A stretch of DNA of 64,000 bases from Trichodelitschia bisporula. Taxonomy: Eukaryota. Below are positions 59,547-64,000 of the stretch, piece after piece; the stretch's first letter is position 1, and the number at the start of each line of letters is the position of its first letter. Location of the stretch: assembly GCA_010356995.1 (NCBI GenBank), contig ML996711.1, positions 62,001 through 126,000 of the forward strand, given 5' to 3'. Under the pieces are notes generated by a model. That model made no database searches, was not told where the DNA came from, and saw nothing but the letters and a program-made list of their open reading frames with translations. Both the position numbers and the translations under genes were made by a program.

Positions 59547-61566
59547 TCACCGCGGCTTCACCGACAACGTCAAGCGATTCGTATTCTCCAGCGCTACGCC
59601 CAAGTCATCATCACTCTCCAGCCGCATCACCTGCCCATCATCTCTCTTCCAGAGCACCTCGAGATCCGGATCATCCCCAGGACCGCTGAGCTTCTCAAGC
59701 GCCCTCCGCTCCTTCAGCTTTTTATACAGGTCCGAGTAGCGGAACTGCGCCGGCAGCCGGATGATGACGCAGTTGTCCTGCTCGAAGAACACTTTAATCT
59801 TGAGCCCGGGTGCCGTGCCGCCCCCGGGACGCAGCCCCGCCATCGTCGCCGTCGTCATCTCCGAGGCCGTGCGCGTGTGTCCGCGCGGCGCACCGTAGCC
59901 CGGGTAGGCCTGCTCGGGCTGGAACGCCTGCTGTGTGGAGGGGAGATTGCCGGCGCTGCTTTGCGGGGAAGACACGCCGTCGCTGCGGCCAGCAGGCGAA
60001 TCCTGTGAGCCGGACGAGAGACGGTAGTCGTAGGGTTGGTTAGGATCGTATTCGTAGTCCCCTTGTCGCGGCGCAAAGAAGGCCTTTAACGTATTTCCCC
60101 TGGTGATGTGTTCGCCTAGCTTAAGCAGGCTACGGATGTACTCGTCCAGGTTCGCACGGCGCCCATTGGAGATGTTGTCCGTCACATAAGTCACCGGTCC
60201 CGGCATGTAGGGCAGGGAGCGCTCGTAGCCCTCGACGTTGCCGGCTTCCAAGGGGAATTCTTGGATGAGCTTGATCTGGAGGTCGTAGAAATCCTGGTAG
60301 AGTCTCTGCAGCTCCCAGTGCTTGCCGTCTTCCATCTCCGCTTCAACAATAAACCAGAAAATATCGTCCGAGAAGCAATAGCGGGGGACGGAAGCGCGCA
60401 CGGGAGCCGGCGACGGCTTCTTAGAGTATGGCGCCGAGGTGTATGAGCTTTTTTGAGGTTGCTGGTCGAACGTTAAATCTGCGTGCACACGATAATTGGG
60501 ACACGAGAGAGACTTACCCGAGCGTATCCCATCCCAGAGTCGTATGCCGTTTGGCTCTGATTGCCCACGCTCATGCGCGCCATGCCCTGCTGCATCCCCG
60601 CCATCGCTGACTGCTGTCTGCTAGCAGATTGACCGCCGGACCCACCACCCAGTGTCCCCAGCGGGATGCTTCCGTTCTTATAGTCCGCCGCCATCTTCTT
60701 CCACTCTTCAACCCGCGGAACCCCCGCCGCACGCACTGCCTCGTACGGATCCGGGACAGGCTGTCCTGTCGTCATGTCGCGGATCTCGATGAAGGATACA
60801 GGGATCAGACCAGGTCCTCCGAGGCGTGTGATGGGCTTCGCAACGAACCACTCCGGGTTGGATTGCGCAATCACGATGATTGCCTCGCCTTCCTTGGCGT
60901 CGAGCTCGTCCGGTCGTTCGGCCTTGAAGTCGTACATGACCACGCCATACACCATGCTGCCCTGCCCTGAGCCGCCATTTGCGCCACGGGCAGACGCCCC
61001 CGTCAAGCGACGTCCGGACTTGGTATCGATCGAGCCCCCTGCGCCATTTCCGGGACTTGACATGGTGGTAGAACTGTCGGCATAGCCCGAGTCATGCGGT
61101 GCGCTTGTGTGCGAACCTACAGGATGGTAGGAAGGGTCAGAGCGAGTGGACCCAGCGCTGTTGCGAGCCTGCTTGCCAACAATCTCAAAGTATTTGACGG
61201 GAACGAGGCCGCGTGTGTTTTGGAGCGGGTTGCATGCTTCGTACCAGTCCTGGTCGTTTTCGCGGCCGACAACGTGCAGAAAGTCGCCAGCGGAGAAGGC
61301 GAGGTAGCCGGAGCCGGGAGTCTTGTCGACGGGTTGGTAGTCGTAGATGGCTTTGATGACCTGGACAAGAGGTGTTAGCGCTTCAATGGCAGATGGTGAC
61401 CAGGCGATGCAAACCTTTTTCGGCGGAACTATAGCAATAGCATCCTTCGGCGGGATGGAGTGGTGATGCGGCTTTGTATCACCCTTGTCGCTTTTCATCG
61501 ACATGCGAAACTGCGCCATCAGCGGGGACTCGAGAAATCAGCAGCAACCCTACGCACCTTAACCAT
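59547..61566 (-). CDS. BEM1: Polarity scaffold Bem1/Scd2 (SH3-SH3-PX-PB1), 4 exons
   Basis: Exons 61558-61566 (MVK), 61415-61510, 60518-61360, 59547-60461. SH3 VIKAIYDY..GLVPVKYF; SH3 YDFKAERPDEL..GLIPVSFI; PX LQRLYQDFYDLQ; PB1 LKIKVFF..SDDDL. Confidence 0.96.
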
Positions 61567-63172
61567 TGCGCTGGGGGTTCGAAAAATGCCTCTCCGCAGC
61601 GACGTATGTGAGTATGTGTTATGAGGTGGTAATGGGAATGAAAGAGCGCCGCTCTTGAAGATCTGAGTCCAGCGGCCTTTTTTGCTTCCCTCAGTCTCAG
61701 CTCTTCTCTAGTCCAGGAGATGTGAGGTTGATGCTAAACACAGCGAAGGCGCCCGTGCGTTTGCCAGAATCGCAGGCTAGGGATGATCTGGTAACCGGGC
61801 CGCGCGAAGAATGCAGCGGACGAGTGTTTTTCGGGGGTGTGGATGGATTGACAGCGGAGTGAGTGCGGTGCCAGGCGCAGCAAGGGGTGAGGCAAGAAAA
61901 GCTTGTCGGGGAGGGGTGCGCGCGCAGACGGGCGTGCGGGAGTTCGAGATGATGGATGGGCAGGCGATTGAAACTGTTTCTATGCACCAGTCGTGCGGAG
62001 AAGGAAGCGTCTGAAACGATGATGGACGATGCGATGACGGAGTGCGCGTCTGCGTGTGCGTCTGCGTGTTCGCCGGTGTGTTCGTGAGTTGGGTACGTTG
62101 ATGGAGTCGACACTGACGACGAGAGTTTCGATTGGAGAGAGGAAGGAGAAGAGGTCGCGGGTGGCGAGAGTAGCACAAGTGGTGGTTAGGAGCCGATGCG
62201 CAAGTCCTTTTGTTAGGCTGAGAAGGGCCTGATGGAGAGTTGAAGGGGTGAGAAAGGGGGGGGCGTTCTTTTGGATTGTTACTAGTTGGTACTGTAAGGC
62301 GAACAACGGGAAGACGAGTGGTAAGAGTTGTTAGGGGATGATGGAGATGCGAAAAGAGAAGAGGAGAAGTTGGTAGGGTTTAGATGGTGGTTGAGAGCTG
62401 GAATGGGGAGTTGGAATGGGGAGGATTGGCGATGGGAATGGGATGAGAAGAGAGTTGAGAGGCACTTGGACGACAAGTGGGCTGGGATGTTCGTATGTGT
62501 AGTTTGGAGGGGGTGGGGGAGGATTGGGGGAGGATTGGGGGAGAGAGTGGAGAGACTCTGGCGGGTGGGAGAGGATGGGGGACAATGCGAGAGGAAGATA
62601 CAGAGAGGGAAGAGGCGCGAGAGGGTGAGAGAGACTTGGAGACTCGGGTGTGATCATGGACAACTGCAGGCAAGCACTTCTGCACATTGTTCTGCAGCTT
62701 TTACTGCATCGTCAACCCGAGCACTTTGTTGGGTCAACAGCCAGGCTGTTGGCCTGCTGCTATAGATACTTAGATAAGGTACCTACGGATGTACTGTGTG
62801 TGTAGTTCTAGCTGTTGGTAGACGTTGGTTCGTGATAATACAATGCTTTACTGCCTACTGGAAGCTTTGCGCAGATGAACTTTGTCGAGTCATCGCAATA
62901 GCCCCAAAGCAATCGTCCGCAAACCAGATCTGCGGAGAAGCATGGTTGAAGAATTGCGAGAACTCGGCAACCAGCTTGTCCAACCCTCGCATATCGCCAG
63001 TGGTGATACTTCCATGTACTTTCTTGATGCCCAATATGCTCCGCTCCTGTTGCGCGCTCGACCGTTCGAAAGTCAGCTTGTCACGGAGCATGCGCACTGT
63101 CAGCCAGCGACTCGACCGCCCAGCTACGCCTCAATCCTCTCACTCCACACCAAAAGAACAAGAACCAGCTTG

Positions 63173-63175
<3 letters not shown>

Positions 63176-63207
<32 letters not shown>
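63176..63207. repeat. (CT)16 microsatellite
   Basis: Uninterrupted CT dinucleotide run in intergenic DNA upstream of BEM1. Confidence 0.95.
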
Positions 63208-63212
<5 letters not shown>

Positions 63213-63305
63213 CGCTTCTTCGTTCCTCACAGGAAGCCGAAAGCCTCGTGGCAATAATGAATCGTCGTCGATGTAAAAAGAGCGCGTCACACACACCACC
63301 TCCAC

Positions 63306-63379
63306 TGCACGCACATCACGAACTTCCCACCTCCACCTCCAATGCACGCACATCACGAACTTCCCACCTCCACCTCCAA
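63306..63379. repeat. Perfect 37-bp tandem duplication
   Basis: tgcacgcacatcacgaacttcccacctccacctccaa at 63306-63342 and 63343-63379. Confidence 0.95.
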
Positions 63380-64000
63380 CACCCCACACTATCAAGCTCT
63401 GGCCCCAAGCGGGTCAGCGCCAAAAGACAAGATGCAAGATGCAAAAAAAATCATGTCCATCACGCACACAAATCAATTTGCCAATGCCATTTGGATTTCC
63501 ATTAAACACTGCAGTGCGCAACCGCGAAGATAGGCGCGCAAACTGAAGAGGCACAGCTCGCCGCCGGCAAATCAGCTCGTCTTTCTTCCTCTCTTGCACG
63601 TCATTGGTCAACTGGAAGTGTGGTCGCCGTCGCTCAACGCGTCTCTTCCCACACCCTCCACCATCCGTGAGCGGCAAAAATACAGAGAGAGAAAAAGCCC
63701 GCCGTCGCCCTGGCTGCACACCCCCCACACTCCCCACCATTGCAGAGTGCCGAACATGCCCAGCTTGCCCTCCAAGCACACGCAGCACCCCCAGCCTAGC
63801 AATATCCCATCAGCGCAATTTCGCACAAATTGTCGTCGAACGCCATGAGCTGTTCGCCAAAGCGCCAAAAATCTTGGACACGCAAGCCCCCCTCATCATC
63901 ACGCGCCGCGTAGCCAACCCCGGAGTCCGACCGGAAAAGCCACAAACAAAAGAATGCTGGTGCCCTCCGATCGTCGCCGCGTCCCGCATGCGGCGTGGCG

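Noticed and set aside
63306..63379. 37-bp direct repeat of CRISPR-like length
   Set aside because: Two adjacent copies with no spacer, no cas genes, and a eukaryotic context.
61600..64000. ORFs upstream of BEM1
   Set aside because: Translations of purine/pyrimidine-skewed 5' UTR and promoter sequence and simple repeats.

Overview
Gene-dense, intron-containing eukaryotic DNA from a filamentous ascomycete (Pezizomycotina; the class cannot be fixed from this window). Introns are short (mostly about 41-55 nt) with GT(A/G)NGT donors, CTAAC/CTGAC branch points and YAG or AAG acceptors. I rebuilt about 22 protein-coding genes by hand from the splice signals. Most are conserved housekeeping genes: VCX1-like Ca2+/H+ antiporter, SET3-like PHD-SET protein, URA5, NOG1, a GNAT acetyltransferase, DDI1, ACB1, an amino-acid permease, AKR1, eIF3g, ENA1-type ATPase, CDC73, SMC2, LEU1 and BEM1. 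An accessory-looking block at about 36.8-45.9 kb holds an NmrA-like gene, a HET-domain gene and a small acidic tandem-repeat ORF. It also holds the most striking item: a 9-exon, ~1432-aa gene joining a ~670-aa Q/P/Y-rich low-complexity region, a catalytically intact patatin phospholipase domain and about five tandem ZZ-like zinc fingers, transcribed divergently from the HET gene. A secreted protein at 22.1-23.4 kb has HH / HxH / M motifs resembling copper type-II monooxygenase or SURNod19 proteins. No transposons, rRNA, tRNA or CRISPR arrays were recognised. All gene models are manual and untested by RNA-seq or database search.
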